Made by a program: the position numbers and the translations under genes
Assembly: GCA_951406725.2 (NCBI GenBank)
Contig: OX597817.1
Coordinates: 77,500,001 to 77,564,000, forward strand
DNA from: Octopus vulgaris
Lineage: Eukaryota
Direction: 5' to 3'
Length of the DNA: 64,000 bases
Notes under the pieces: generated by a model
Told to the model about the DNA's origin: nothing
Databases searched by the model: none
Seen by the model: the letters and a program-made list of their open reading frames with translations, nothing else
Shown: positions 15,110 to 29,882 of the stretch, in pieces
Layout of the letters: every line of letters begins with the position of its first letter
How positions within the stretch are numbered: the first letter of the stretch is position 1

Positions 15110-15569
15110 ATGGCCCTTACTGACCTGAAACGAGGTCTTCCAAGTGTAGAACCGACGAAAATTACAGGGGTTGAGACGAACACTAGTTAATTTTGTCTTT
15201 CCGAATAAAGTAACAAAAATATTTATGATGAATGAGGAACATGATGACAACGATGACGACGACGACGACGACGACGAGGAGGAGGAGGACGACACGATGA
15301 TGATGATGATAATGATTATGATGATGAGCTCGACTAAGGTGTAACAGTGATTTCATATTTTTAGCACAGAGCAAAAGCGGATATAAGCGATTTAATGGCC
15401 GTTAGCACATTATTGACACTTAGTTTATGAACTCTGGACAGGTAAAAGTCAAAGGTTAACCAGGAAGGGTTTTGAATTTAAGGCACAAATAAACTGAGTG
15501 ACCCTATAAACTCCTAACGGTATGTGGTCAGGTTTGTATACAGTTCCTGTATACTTCACTTAATAATAA

Positions 15570-16030
15570 TCCTTTCTACTATTGGCACAATGCCTGGGGC
15601 TATTCAGTCAATTACGTCGAACCCAGTAGTCAACTCTTGTTTCATCGACCCCGAAAGAATAAAAAGCAAAGTCGAACTCGGAGGAATTTGAACTCAAAAG
15701 GTAAAGACGAGCGAAAGACCGTTTAGCATTTTGTCCAGTGAGCTAACGATTCCGCCAGCTCACTTCTTTAATACTTTATATAATAATCTAAAGGTGGTGC
15801 TCCAGCATGGCCGCAGTCAAATGACTGAAATAAGAAAAAGAATAAAATGGTTTCAAAATTTGGCACAGGGTCAACACTTTTTGAGGGGAGGGGTAAGTCC
15901 GTTACATCTAATCCAGTACTTGACTAGTACTTATTTTACTGACCCTGAAACGGATGGAAAGCAAAGTCGAACTCGGCGGAATTTGAGCTCAGACCGTAAA
16001 GACGGATAAAATGTCGGTAAATATTTTTTC
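15570..16030 (-). mobile_element. Cluster of degenerate SINE-B copies
   Basis: GCAAAGTCGAACTCGG(A/C)GGAATTTGA occurs twice. A further copy lies at about 16455-16610. Confidence 0.75.
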
Positions 16031-16146
16031 AGATAGAGAAATTTTAATATAATACTTTTATGATTTTAATATAATAATAATAGTCCTTTCTCTTATAGGC
16101 ACAAGGCCTGAAATTCAAATGACTGAAACAAGAAAAAGAATAAAAT

Positions 16147-16438
16147 TGAAGTTGTGTGTCTGAGACTCTGTCTCCTCCGATTTAGATTCCTAACTACTCC
16201 CACATTTTGCGGTGCAGTTTAACCAAAAGCGGGTATCTTATAGTCGTCATTCATATCGAGCCCTTCTGGGTATTAGCGCGCGTCTACGATGAGTCTACGA
16301 TTTTAAAGAAAATTTACCATCATTTTTCCGCATTTTTAATGACTTTTGCTCGGGTTATATAAGGGAAGTAACTCTCTAAAAATGCTTATATAGTTATTTC
16401 CCTTACAAACCCGAGCAACGCCGGGCGATACTGCTTGT
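16147..16438 (+). mobile_element. Non-autonomous Helitron-like element, 3' portion
   Basis: Ends with a GC-rich hairpin CCCGAGCAACGCCGGG followed by CTGCTTGT (degenerate CTAGT). Internal inverted repeat at 16346-16418. Confidence 0.6.
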
Positions 16439-16781
16439 AATTTATATAATAATCGTTTCAAATTTTGGTACAGGGCTAGCATTATTTGAGGGAAAAGGGA
16501 AGTAAGTCGGTTACATCTATTCCATTACTTGACTGGGATAGCAAAGTCGACCTCGATGGCATTTGAGCTCAGAGCGTAGAAATGTATGAAATACCGCTAA
16601 GCATTTCCTTAACATTATAATACCGGTATAATAATAATAATACCATCATATTATTTCTCTGTCGGAAAAATTTCTATGTAATTCCTTACATGTCTATCTA
16701 ACATGTAAAACTTTATAATCTCTATTAGCAAGTGAAACACGTGTCATGGGGAATAAATAATACCAAAAATCTCCTAAAAAT

Positions 16782-17196
16782 GGCGCAGGAGTGGATGTGT
16801 GGTAAGTAGCTTACTTACCAAACACATGGTTCCGGGTTCAGTCCCACTGCGTGGCACCTTGGGCAAGGGTCTTCTACTATAGCCTCGCGCCGACCAAAGC
16901 CTCGTGAGTGGTTTTGGTAGACGGAAACTGAAAAGAAACCCGTCGTATATATGTATATGTATGTATGTATGTGTGTGTATATGTTTGTGTGGCTGTGTTT
17001 GTCCCCTCAACATCGCTTGACAACCGATGCTAGTGTGTTTACGTCCCCGTAACTTAGCGGTTCGGCAAAAGGGTCCGATAGAATAAGTACTAGGCTTACA
17101 AAGAATAAGTCCTGGGATCGATTTGCTCGATTAAAGGCGGTGCTCCAGCATGGCTGCAGTCAAATGACTGAAACGGGAAAAAGAGTAAAAGAGTAA
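16782..17196 (+). mobile_element. SINE-A, full length (reference copy)
   Basis: tRNA-like head with GGTTCAGTCCC B-box, CORE-like CACCTTGGGCAAG, internal TA/TG linker, 3' half and an AAAAGAGT-repeat tail. Confidence 0.92.
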
Positions 17197-17272
17197 CCCA
17201 TAGCAACAGCGGCTGCATAATGGAATAAGCAGATGTGCGTCAAGAGGAAACAGGTGGGATTTTACCCTAACT

Positions 17273-17312
<40 letters not shown>

Positions 17313-17729
17313 GTGTGTGTGGATATGTGTGTAACAGAAACTATTGTTATTCATTATGTGAGTTCGTGCTCTCTGTTCTTCGCTGACGAGGTCCCATAAG
17401 TACGAAACATGTTCACCTCGGTCACTGTCCTCATTGGCAAAGATAACACCTTCTCCTAAAGCGTGGTGATTTGATAAATTTCTTTCAAAAATTACTCTTA
17501 ATTTATTGAAATTATCTCCCTTTTTTTGTGAGTTGTTATAAAAAATGCCGCTTGGGTTTTTGTCTTCTTTCTCCAACTGAATGGCAAATATGAATTCCTT
17601 ATATATTCTTTGTCAGTGCATTCATATGTATATACTTGATGTATGTATTACATTTGTGTCCTTATCGGTCAAAAAACTATGTAGAGGGTTTGGAAATTCA
17701 AGGCTAGTAGATAACATGTTTCCACTTAT

Positions 17730-17801
<72 letters not shown>

Positions 17802-17945
17802 ACGCACGCGCGCATACATATACATATAGAAATTTATATACACAGACAAGAAGATATATAAGCAAGTGTATATATCACATAAGTGTACACATGCACGCAT
17901 AAACAGTTTATATATCTCTCCCTGTCACTCTCTCTCACAAATGTA

Positions 17946-17997
<52 letters not shown>

Positions 17998-18058
17998 GGT
18001 TTGCGCTTGTGTGTGTCCGCGTATCTTGTGGGTGATGGAATAGTATGTGTTCGCATGC

Positions 18059-18095
<37 letters not shown>

Positions 18096-18155
18096 GTGAG
18101 ATAAGGTAAGGTTGTATGTGTATAAGTATGTATGGGGATACACAGATGTATGAAT

Positions 18156-18209
<54 letters not shown>

Positions 18210-18413
18210 ACACACATACACATACACGTACACATACACAGAATTTTCAGATAAAATTTAAAGATAATAGCTTTTCATAGTTTTCTTTTAAACAGATGAT
18301 ATGAGAAACCTGTGTGAATATCTCAATATTTTTTTATTTAAATTCTATTTTTTTTTTTCGAGTTAATAAACACGTGCATAATGGTGATTATGTACATACA
18401 CGTAAACAAAAAC

Positions 18414-18475
<62 letters not shown>

Positions 18476-18632
18476 ATACGTATATATATAGATACAATTT
18501 TTTTTACAGATTCGCGCACGAACATACTCACACAGACACACACACATATGTGTATGTATGTATTTATGTATTTACGCATGCATGCATGTATATGTGTATA
18601 TGCGTCTATGTATACGTGAGTGTGTGTGTGAT

Positions 18633-18694
<62 letters not shown>

Positions 18695-18695
<1 letters not shown>

Positions 18696-19026
18696 TTTAC
18701 CTTCTTTTACATGTTTCAGTCATGCTGGAGCACCGCCTTAAAGCGTTATAGCCGAAGAAATCCACCCCAGGACTTATTCTATCGGTCTCTTTTGCCGAAC
18801 TGTTAATCTACGGGGACATAAACACTCCAGCATCGGTTGTCAAGCAATGGAGGGTGGACAAGCACTGACACATATACACACAATCACACACACACACAAA
18901 TATATCAGCCGAAATTGCGAGGATGATCCGGTTCTTGACTGAAGATTGAAGGCTTCGAATGTCCCGTCCGTGTTTTTTGTATCGTCTTCTAAATGTTTTA
19001 CGTTCTTGTCCCAGTTTGTATTTTTC

Positions 19027-19065
<39 letters not shown>

Positions 19066-19210
19066 ACGGGCCGCCTTCAGTTTCCGTCTATCAAATCCAC
19101 TCACAAGGCTTTGGTCGGCCCGAGCCAAAGTAGAAGACACTTGCCCAAGGTGTCACACAGTGGGACTGAACCTGGAACCATGTTTGTGGGAAGCAAACTT
19201 GGTACCACAA
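18695..19210 (-). mobile_element. SINE-A with an H2 element inserted in its linker
   Basis: Both SINE halves are present, on either side of 18906-19030. Confidence 0.85.
18906..19030 (+). mobile_element. Family H2 element, hammerhead-like core
   Basis: CTGAAGA (18939) TT GAA GGC TTC GAA, flanked by TA repeats. Confidence 0.65.
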
Positions 19211-19295
19211 GTTATATATGCACACACTCACACACACACACACGCATGCACACACATACACACACACACACACTCACACACATATATATATATAT

Positions 19296-19465
19296 AGTTG
19301 AAATTTATAGAAAAACAAAAGACGAAGACATGTTTATGAACAACAAACAAGTGTAATAGTTTGACGCTCGGGTGAAAATGAAGAAGTATTTTACGTTTCA
19401 AGCCTACGCTCCTTGAGAGAAAGAAATGAGAAAATAAACAGAGAGAAAATGGGGAAAAATTTCGG
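19296..19465 (-). mobile_element. Family H1 element (Penelope-like), degenerate hammerhead
   Basis: Shares GACGCTCGGG..TTTACGTTTC(G/A)AGC..GCTC with the copies at 51641 and 53045. Confidence 0.6.
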
Positions 19466-19588
19466 ACACACACATATTTTGGGTGTCAAAGAGGCGATCT
19501 CAAAATATAAGATGCTTCTCGGACATTTAAACTTGGAACAAGTTATCACTCTCCAGCTGAGTGAAGGCTGACAGACAGACAGACAGAC

Positions 19589-19656
<68 letters not shown>

Positions 19657-20018
19657 TGACAAAAGAGAGAGAGAGATCGAGAGTATTATGTATACCTTGA
19701 TGGGATGAAAAATACAGTTCATTTTAGCTGGATTTGAAACAGTTGACTTCGGCAAGATTTCAAGTCAGAAGATAGAGAAGAAATACGTGTACCACAAATT
19801 AGTTTTATCTCTCGCTCTCACGACTTTGCCAGTTCACCTTCACACATTCACACACGCACACTAACTCTCTCTCACTTACGCGCGCGTGCACACACACACC
19901 ATATGAAATATCTATCTATCTATCTGCTTGTTTGTCTGTCTGACCATCCACCCATCCGTCCGTCTTATCTGTCTGTCTGACCATCCATCCATCCATCTGT
20001 CTGGCCATCCATCCGTCC

Positions 20019-20059
<41 letters not shown>

Positions 20060-20124
20060 GCAATTCATCTATACATCCATCTACATGTTCATACACACAC
20101 ACACGCACACACACACATACAGAA

Positions 20125-20155
<31 letters not shown>

Positions 20156-20490
20156 CAGACAGACAAACATAAAGAGAGGGAGAGAGAAAAGGAAAGCGAA
20201 TATACACATATAGGTATTAGCCACACAGCTACGAGATTGATGGGGCAATAGTATGTGTGTTGGGACTGAAACGAATAAATGACTATCGGATCGATAGGAC
20301 AGAAGTAAGAAAAAGAAAGAAAAAACGGAAGTTCCAAGAGAGAAAGATAAGTAATGTATGTATGGCTAGAGCAAAACCAAATGGCAGCGTGTGTGTGTGT
20401 GTGTGTGATAAAAGAGAATGAGATTCGAGATGGATTTAGAGGGAAAATAGTGCAGGTCGAGAGAAGATGATGACAAACAGACAAATAGAA

Positions 20491-20550
<60 letters not shown>

Positions 20551-20713
20551 CATGTATGTATATATATATGGCTTTCCTTCATTTTATATCTATATTTGTA
20601 TTGTGCGTGTGTCTGATGAAATTTGCTGATATTGCTGTCTGTACATGCACGCGCCTGCGCACACGCACTCACACATTCACACACATACTTTTATACACGT
20701 GCGAGTGCGCATG

Positions 20714-20760
<47 letters not shown>

Positions 20761-20987
20761 TCCTTGAAGTGCACGGGACCTAAAAATTCCCTGGTGTTCT
20801 TTCTTACCAGCTGTTGTGTTGGATTTGAGAGTGATCAGCTGGAATGGTGTGTATGTATACATAAGAATGTATGTATGTATGTATGTATGTATGTATGTAT
20901 GTATGTATGTATGTATGTATGTGTGTGTGTATGTATGTGTGTATGTATGTATGTTTGTGTGGTTGCGTGTGTGTGTGTATCTTTTTA

Positions 20988-21144
20988 TCTCTTACTGGTT
21001 TTAGTCATTTGACTGCGCCCATGCTGGGGCACTGCGTTAAAGAATTTTTAGCCAAAATAATCGACCCCAGTATTTATGTTTTTAAAGCCAGGTACGTTTT
21101 GAAACCGAACCGTTAAGTTACGGAGACGTAATACACACACACAC

Positions 21145-21214
<70 letters not shown>

Positions 21215-21380
21215 GACGCGCTTCTTTTAGTTTCCATCTACGAAATTCACTCACTTAGAGGGCTTTGGTCGGCCCGATGCTATAGTAGAACACCCATGCA
21301 CAAGGTGCCGCGTGGAGTGGAATTGAACTGAGAACCATGAGATTGGGAAGCGAACTTCTTACCACACAGCCACGCCTGCG
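20988..21380 (-). mobile_element. SINE-A
   Basis: Both halves are present around a (TA)n linker. Confidence 0.8.
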
Positions 21381-21547
21381 CTGCACGCACGCACGCGTGC
21401 GTCCGTCCGTTTACATACACACAAATGCATATATACATATACATACATGCATTAATATATTTTCATACATACACATACACACAAACACATAAGATACGGT
21501 CGACTTGAAGACATAGCTGTAGATATACATACACGCACATACATCTA

Positions 21548-21680
21548 TACGGGGAGGGGGGGCCTGAAAAGTTCCGGATTTTATGGGCATCGCGAAAGGT
21601 CTGGTTAGTGGCCCAACCTTCCGAGTTCTTTTACAGGGTTTTTTGTAATAGATTGAGCAAAACGCGTACGAGCTGTATGT
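21548..21680 (+). mobile_element. mariner-family terminal fragment
   Basis: TA-CGGGG..CTGAAAAGTTCC resembles the reverse complement of the TIR at about 603-629. Confidence 0.55.
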
Positions 21681-22081
21681 CACTCAGCATGCTAGAAATA
21701 ACAGTCGGACATTCCTTAACTCACTCCCTATCATTTACAATAAACAAATGAGTAAATGAATAAATAAAAGTGGAAGTATATAATATATACTGTAGTCCTT
21801 GATAAAATTAGTCTGAAATGTGAAACGGAACTTTCGGGGCACGATCTTGTTCGATGAGATGTTTGTTCGGCCAGATCAGATCTGACACAGTTAAACAACA
21901 ACAACAACAACAACTACAGCAGAAGTTAACGTTTCCAACGAGAGCAGTAGCTTTCCCTCCACTTGACCCTGTCTTCTAGTGGTGTCATTTGTGGAAATGG
22001 TACAGAAATTGTACAACACTTTGGCAATTAGAAAGTTTCCTTTGGGTCAAAACAGGTGGCACAATGAGTGTGTGAGTGAGA

Positions 22082-22119
<38 letters not shown>

Positions 22120-22588
22120 GGATGGCAAGCATATTTTTCTTTCCAAATACTTTTTACTCGGTCACCTTTTGAGTTTCATGGTACAAAATGACACGAACTT
22201 TCTGACGAATCTAACGGTATCCACAGCGAGATTTGTGCATAATGCTTAAACAAATTACAGCTCAGGACTTCTTAATGCACAGCCGAGGCTGAGTGAGGGG
22301 CTCAAAATAATTTCATGGTTTTTATATTTTTCAGTTGTCGTGAGATGTAAAACCTTCTGCATTAGCTATTTTTTTTTTAACTAGGCGCCTCTAAAAGTTA
22401 TATACCTTACGGCATAAACGACATCGAAAACCAGGGTTGTCGGTTCCCTATTTTGAGAAGCGGACACGGAGACTTGGTCTCTCAATGGAAAATTATATAC
22501 ATTTCTTCATTGTGAGCTGAGAAGAAATGAGTTAGATCATGAGAAAGATCATGAGAAAGAAAATCGATAGATAGAGGGATAGATAGCC

Positions 22589-22662
<74 letters not shown>

Positions 22663-22744
22663 ACAAAAAGATAACTAAATAAATATTTAACTGATTGCAT
22701 AAATACGTAGATAATTATATAGGTACATATGTATGCGTCAGTAC

Positions 22745-22934
<190 letters not shown>

Positions 22935-23600
22935 TCTTTTCGTCTTTTGTCAGTTTTCGTCATTAGACTGTGACCATGCTGCTGGAGTGGAGAGAGCACC
23001 TCCTTGAAGTGCATTGTCGAGCAGATCTACCCCCGTGTATATCTTAAGTTTGGTAGTTATTCTATCGGACCTTTTTGCCGAAACGCCAGATTTCGATGAA
23101 ATAAGCAATACTACACCCATCATAAAATGATGACGGGATGTGGAGTGTTACAATCACAAAATAACGCATGCACACACAAACTTGTGTGTGTGTGTGTATT
23201 GGTCCCATTTTCCTGACAGCTCTTGCCGGCTGCCACCAGAAAGGAAGTAATATTATCGTTAAAGGCTCGAAATTGCGTTTGACTCTCTGACCGATAACTG
23301 ATGAGGAGTTGGGGACCTTCTGTGTTTGTTTGTCGTTCGTCTGTGTATTTACAATACATTTTAAAAACTTATATATATGTGTTTCTGTGTGTGTGTCTTG
23401 GTGTCTATGTTTGGCCCTCCTCTCCATCGCTTGACAATCGATGTTGTTTGCGTCCCCGTAACTTAGTGGTTTGGCAAAAGAAACCGATAGAATAAGTGCC
23501 AGGCTTACAAAGAATAAGTCATGGGATCGTTTTTTGCGACTAAAAGGTGGTGCCTCAGCATGGCCGCGGTGAAATGGCTGTAACAAGTATAACAATAAAA

Positions 23601-23652
<52 letters not shown>

Positions 23653-23891
23653 TTCGAAGAGCCGCATTGTGGGACTGAAAACGAACACCCAACCCCCCAC
23701 AAAAGTGACAGGAATAACGGTAGAACTCAATACAAATATTCAGTGAAGTGCATTTAGTGAGAATCTGAAATATTGTCGCTAAGAGTTTCATGAATGTTTC
23801 CATACCACCGAGATAAATAAATGTTTAATAACAAGATGAATATATTTTTATGAAATTAACAATTAAAACCTCAACATATATGTAGTTTTAT

Positions 23892-23929
<38 letters not shown>

Positions 23930-24148
23930 ACACACACATACACACACACACACAAAGGCATGTATGTACACACCACAAAGAATCACGAATTCATACAAAT
24001 TATTATTTTTTATTTTTTTTTTGCTTGTTTAAATAATGTTTTCGTTATCCGGATTGCGAATTTTTAGGGACAGCCGTGAAAACATTTTAAAGTGAAAAAG
24101 AGGTTTTTTATTTATTTATACCCCAACCAGTTTATTTATTTATCTACT

Positions 24149-24245
<97 letters not shown>

Positions 24246-24601
24246 ACAGACACACGGATGCATACATATACACCGGTACATATATAAGGGTATAGACATA
24301 TAAATGCATTCTTACAAATATATACATGCACATATATTCATATAGAAATATTAATATAATTTACATATATAAGTACACGCATACATAAAACACACACACA
24401 TTCTCATATATTTCCGCACGTCATTCTCTCTCCGCCGTTTCTTTCCCTTTGTGAATATACATACGTATGTTTATATACATACACACACATTTACATATAC
24501 AGGCACATAAATATATATATATTTGCATGTATGTATGTATGTGTGCGTGTTTGTGTGGGTGTGTCTGTGTGTTTGCATCTCACTGTATTTATTTATTCTC
24601 A

Positions 24602-24677
24602 ATCGTCTGTGTCGTCTGCTGATGTTTGGTCGTCTGTTTATGTCTTTATCTGTCGTCTGCTAGGACGAAATATGGCG
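24602..24677 (+). promoter_or_regulatory. Cluster of TCGTCTG motifs followed by a YY1-like AAATATGGCG
   Basis: Exact TGTCGTCTGC at 24610 and 24651, variants at 24602 and 24629, and AAATATGGCG at 24668. Confidence 0.4.
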
Positions 24678-24940
24678 TCAACTAAGCAAGTGAAAATTGT
24701 AAATAATAAATAGCTCTTCTGTATAAAAAATAAAAAAAGACTTAAAGATGTATTCATTTTCTTTTCTTATTTTTTTTTAAAGTATAACCTAAAAATTTTC
24801 AAATTTTCTAAGAATTTATTGGTGTTTTAGTAGCAAAACTTTTCGCCGAAGTTCGAAAATGTCCTGGCCCGATTAACGATTTCTTCTTATTCAGCTTTAA
24901 AATCTTTGTTCGTATCTTCATGTAACTTATTTTCATACTA

Positions 24941-25022
<82 letters not shown>

Positions 25023-27119
25023 GTTCTTTTCTTGATCTGCTTGTTTTTCTTACATTCTTCCTTCAGTTAGTTTGTCTCTTATATTTCGTATTTTGTCTCG
25101 TTTATATTCTTTCATTCAATATTCTATTCTTCTTACATTTTTTTCATTTTTACATACTATACTTCGTTTCATTTTACTATATTTTTCCTTCGTTCAATTT
25201 TTCCTTTGTTCGTTAATTTCTTTCATTTATTTTTTCTTATAATTCGTTAATTATTTTTATTCAAAAACTGTAACTCGTTCGGTGTCTGTCCTATTCCTTT
25301 ATCTTACGTTTACTTTTTCATTCAGCTTATTATTTCATTGAATTTCTTCAGTCTTTCACTCGTTTTCCCCTTTCTTTGATTTTCTTTAGCATTTTTATAT
25401 TATTCAGTAAGCATTCTCTACAATTATTAATTCATTCGTAAATAAGTTTTCATCGAATTATTTCACTTATTTCATATTTTATTCATTTCTAATTTGTTTC
25501 TTCATATCTACATTATTTCATTCCTTTTCTTCTTTCAGTTTATTTTCTTTTTTCTTTACGTTCGATAATTTTTTTTCTTTCGTCTACTTTCCATCCAATG
25601 TCTTAACGTATACTTTCCATTCAGTCTTTCGTCCAGTTTTTATCCATCGTTTTTCGTTTACTTTTCATTCCTTATCTTTCTTTCACTCTTTATCCATCGC
25701 CATTCTTGCATTTTTTCTTCCTTTCATTTACTTTTCTTCATTTGCTCCTTCATTCCTTCATTTTTTTTCCATGTCTTCCTTCCCTTCGATCACTGCCTCT
25801 TCATCTTTCGTCAGATTATTTTCTTTTCATTCTTCCGTACATATTTACGCTCTTTCGTTCGTTCTTCCTTTCTGAGTCATTACCTCTACTGAAGTTTCTA
25901 ACATTCTTTATTTATTCCTTTTCTTTCAAACATTTTCTTTTATATTTTTCCTTCCACATCTTTCGTTCTTTTCATCTTTTTGTTTATATATATATATATA
26001 TATTTTTTTTCTACTCTACTTCACACTACTATCTCGTTCAGAAAATAAATACCTCGACATACCAGCAACACGAGGAATTAACTTTGTGAAACCCAAGACA
26101 TTGTTCTACAAAATGTGTGCAATGTGTGTGTGTGTGTGTGTATGTATGTGTGTGTGTGTGCATGTTTACTTGCAAATGTATGTAGTATGTTTTGTGTGTA
26201 TGTTTTAATCAGTATACGTTATTTTATTCATTATGTTTATGTGCATTTATGCATGTATGTATGTATGTATGTATGTATGTATGTATGTATGTATGTATGT
26301 ATGTATGTATGTATGTATGTATGTATGAATGTATGTATGATGTATGTATGAATGTGTGTGTGTGTGTATATGTATGAATGTATGTGTGTGTATGTATGTA
26401 TGCATGTATGCATGCATGTATGTATGTATGTATGTATGTATGTATGTATGTATGTATGTATGTATGTATGAATGTATGTATGTGTGTATGTATGCGTGTA
26501 TGTATGTATTTATATTTCGCTTTTGTAGATGTATGAGTGTATAAGTATTGTGTGTATAAGCATGTGTGTGTGTCTGTCTGTCCGTCCATTCGCCTCCTTT
26601 TGTGTGTGTGTGTGTGTTTATATACATTTGTGTGTGTGTGTGTGTATGTGTGTGTGTGTGTCTGTTAGTACCTTCTATATGTTAGACTGTATGAGTATTT
26701 ACTCACCTGTGCATCTATACACATACACACACACACACACACACAATCTCAGTAGTCAAACCTTGCACATGTATGTTCATATGTGCGTTCGCTGGTATTT
26801 ACTATTGCGTTTGTATGTGTGTATACGTGTGTATGATATTTGGTACTTCGTATGTGTGAACGCGAATGTGCAACGCGAATGTGTGTGTGTATGTTCATAC
26901 ATACTTTTATGTGTGTAAAGGTATGCAGTGTTGTATGGAATTGCCTTTATGTGATTATATGTGGGTGTTTAGTTATCATGATGTGTCCCCGTCTATATGT
27001 TTGTGTGTGTATATGTGTGTATGCGTGTGTGTGTTTGCTTATGCATGTGTTTATGTCCTTATTCAAACTTCAATGTGTTTTTTACTCTGTGTTTGTATGT
27101 ATGTGTTTGTATCCGTGTT

Positions 27120-27161
<42 letters not shown>

Positions 27162-27368
27162 TATCCGTGTGTTTGTATGTGTGTATACATGTGTTTTGTT
27201 TTTTAGAGAAAGAGAGAACGAAAGAAAAGAACGATGACCGAGGAAGCGGCAGATAGTGAGGAAAGAGGAGAGAAAGAAAGAAACTAGAAGAAGGGGAGAG
27301 TAAGAGAAGGAGAGAAAGAGTAGGAGAAAGAGAGAGAACGAGAAAGGGCAAATGAGCGAGTAAACTGC

Positions 27369-27450
<82 letters not shown>

Positions 27451-27711
27451 TGTATGAGTCCGAAATGCGTGTGAAAGAGAGGGAAAAAACCCTGAATGAA
27501 CAAATGAATGAGTGAGAGAAAGATAAAGAGTGAGTAAGGTGTGTGAAAGAGAAGGAATGTGTACGTGTGAGTGAGAGATAGAGAAAGATAGATAGAGAGA
27601 GAGAGAAAGAGAGAGATGAAGCACATGAGATAAAGACGGTGCTTGTGAGAGAAAGATAGAAAGAAAGAATCAATAAATGAAAGAGAGAGATAAATGGAAA
27701 GAAACAGAGAG

Positions 27712-27742
<31 letters not shown>

Positions 27743-28190
27743 CGGCAGTGAGGGTGTTAAGGATGAGAGAAATGAGGAGAGCGAGAAAACGAGGGAGACC
27801 GCGAGAGAGAAAGAAAGGATTAGAGCGATAAGAAAAAATACCTGAGCTTCCACGGCAAATGCAAAACACATTCTTTTGGCTCGTCTACACTTCCTAAATC
27901 AGCAAACTACACTTTCGACTAGAGAAGAAAACGATGACGACAGTAACACATCCATGCAACATCCAATGGAGGGAGAAAAGAGAAGAGAGACTGGAGAATG
28001 AGTGAGAGGGAAAAGAGAGAGCGAAGTGTGAGAGAGAATACGCGTGCACACACTCATACACACTCACTCATATACATATACATACACACGAGCTCATACG
28101 TACACATGCATGCGTACACACACACGCGCGCTCACGCGCATATTTCTCTCTCTATCTCGCACTCTTATCACTGACTCTCTCACAAAACTG

Positions 28191-28222
<32 letters not shown>

Positions 28223-28694
28223 TGAGAGAGTTTGAAAGGAGAGAGAAAGAGAGAAAAACAGAGGGGATGAGTGAGGGTCAATAAAGTGAGAAAGGTGAGA
28301 GGGGAGAGAGAGTATGAAGAGAGTGAGAGAAGTGTGTGAGTACGTGTGTTTATATGTGTGCGTGTGTGTGAATGAACATGTGTATACAAGCGTGCATATA
28401 TGAATGCACAGACGTGTATGTGTGTGTGTGATTGTGTGCGCGCACGTGTGTGTCAGTTTGCGTGCTTCTGTATGAGTATGTGTGTGTATATATGTGTGTG
28501 CGAGCGTGTGTGTGTGTGTTCGTATGTAGTCTGCTTTCACACTTTCCTTACTCCGACTCTTTTACTTTGTTTATCCCGTCAATCATTCTCTCATCGCCTC
28601 TCTTCCCTCTCTTTGTTCCTCACTTAGATAGATAGGACGATGGAGAGAGGGGAAGAGAGAGATTGAGAGGGAGAAAGAGAGAGAGAGCTTGAGA

Positions 28695-28740
<46 letters not shown>

Positions 28741-28918
28741 TTAGGATTATCAGAAAGCGAAAGCGTGAGTGATAATAACTGAGTGTTCTTCTGTGTCGTC
28801 TGCTTTTACTCATTTCTCACTAATCTTAGTTTATTTATCCATATTTCTCGTTTCTCCACCACTCACTCTCTTTCTAACACAGGTGGATGGAGAAAGAAAG
28901 AGAGAGAAACAGAAACAC

Positions 28919-28955
<37 letters not shown>

Positions 28956-29188
28956 GAGAAACAGAAACTAAGAAAGAATGAAGAGAGTGTATTTATATAT
29001 GAGTGTCGTCTGCTTTTATCCATTCTCACTTCATCTCCGGTTTATTTATCAATTTTACTCGTTTTCCCTCTCCTCTCTCACTTATACACACATACATACA
29101 TACATACATACATACATACATACATACACACATACATACACACATACATACACACATACATACATACATACATACATACATACATACA

Positions 29189-29219
<31 letters not shown>

Positions 29220-29608
29220 TATGAGAGAATGAGTGAGTATACATGATTATATTTGTGTATTTCGAAAGAAACATCATTAAAGATAGAGCAAAAAAGGGAA
29301 GATAAAAAGGAGTGAAATTGTGAGAGTGGGGTAACTGAATGAAAGAGAACGATTAACTAGTAAAGGAATTAAGGGTATTAAATGGAATGAAGGTGAAACA
29401 TAAAAAGTTAGAATCTCTAAGGCTAAGGGAATCTCTAAGAAACAAGTTTAAGTTTTGCTTCCAGAGCACATGGCTCCAGGTTTTAATTCTATGATGAGTT
29501 CCTTGAACATATGTCTTTCGCTATAGCCTCAGGTCAGCTAATATCTTGTGAGTTTGGTAAGCAGAAACTGCGTAGAAAGAGGTGTGTAACGGAAAGAGGA
29601 GAGATGTA

Positions 29609-29660
<52 letters not shown>

Positions 29661-29719
29661 AGATAGTTGAGAGAGTTAAAGATGAATAGCAGATGTAAGA
29701 GAGAAATTTTGTGGGTGAT

Positions 29720-29882
29720 TGATATGAACTCCAGTAATCAACTAGTAGTTATTTGATCAAGTTCCAAAGGATGAAAAGCAAAGTCGACCTCGGCTGAGTT
29801 TGAACTCAGAACGTAAGGACGAAACAAATGCCGCTGAGCATTTCGTTCGGCGCGCTAACGATTCTGCTTGCTCGCCGCCTTG
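29720..29882 (-). mobile_element. SINE-B
   Basis: AAAGTCGACCTCGGC..TTTGAACTCAGAACGTAA..GCTCGCCGCC. Confidence 0.85.

Noticed and set aside
15100-15430. Hox/Cdx-type sites (TTTATGG, TTAATGG)
   Set aside because: These short AT-rich motifs are expected by chance at this base composition.
17271-17576. 101-aa minus-strand ORF (EKEDKNPSG...)
   Set aside because: It has a non-ATG start, runs into (CA)n and overlaps a hammerhead-like relic, so it is probably TE debris.
24602-24660. CRISPR-like or att-like array of TCGTCTG repeats
   Set aside because: The repeats are too short and irregularly spaced, the context is eukaryotic, and there are no cas or recombinase genes.
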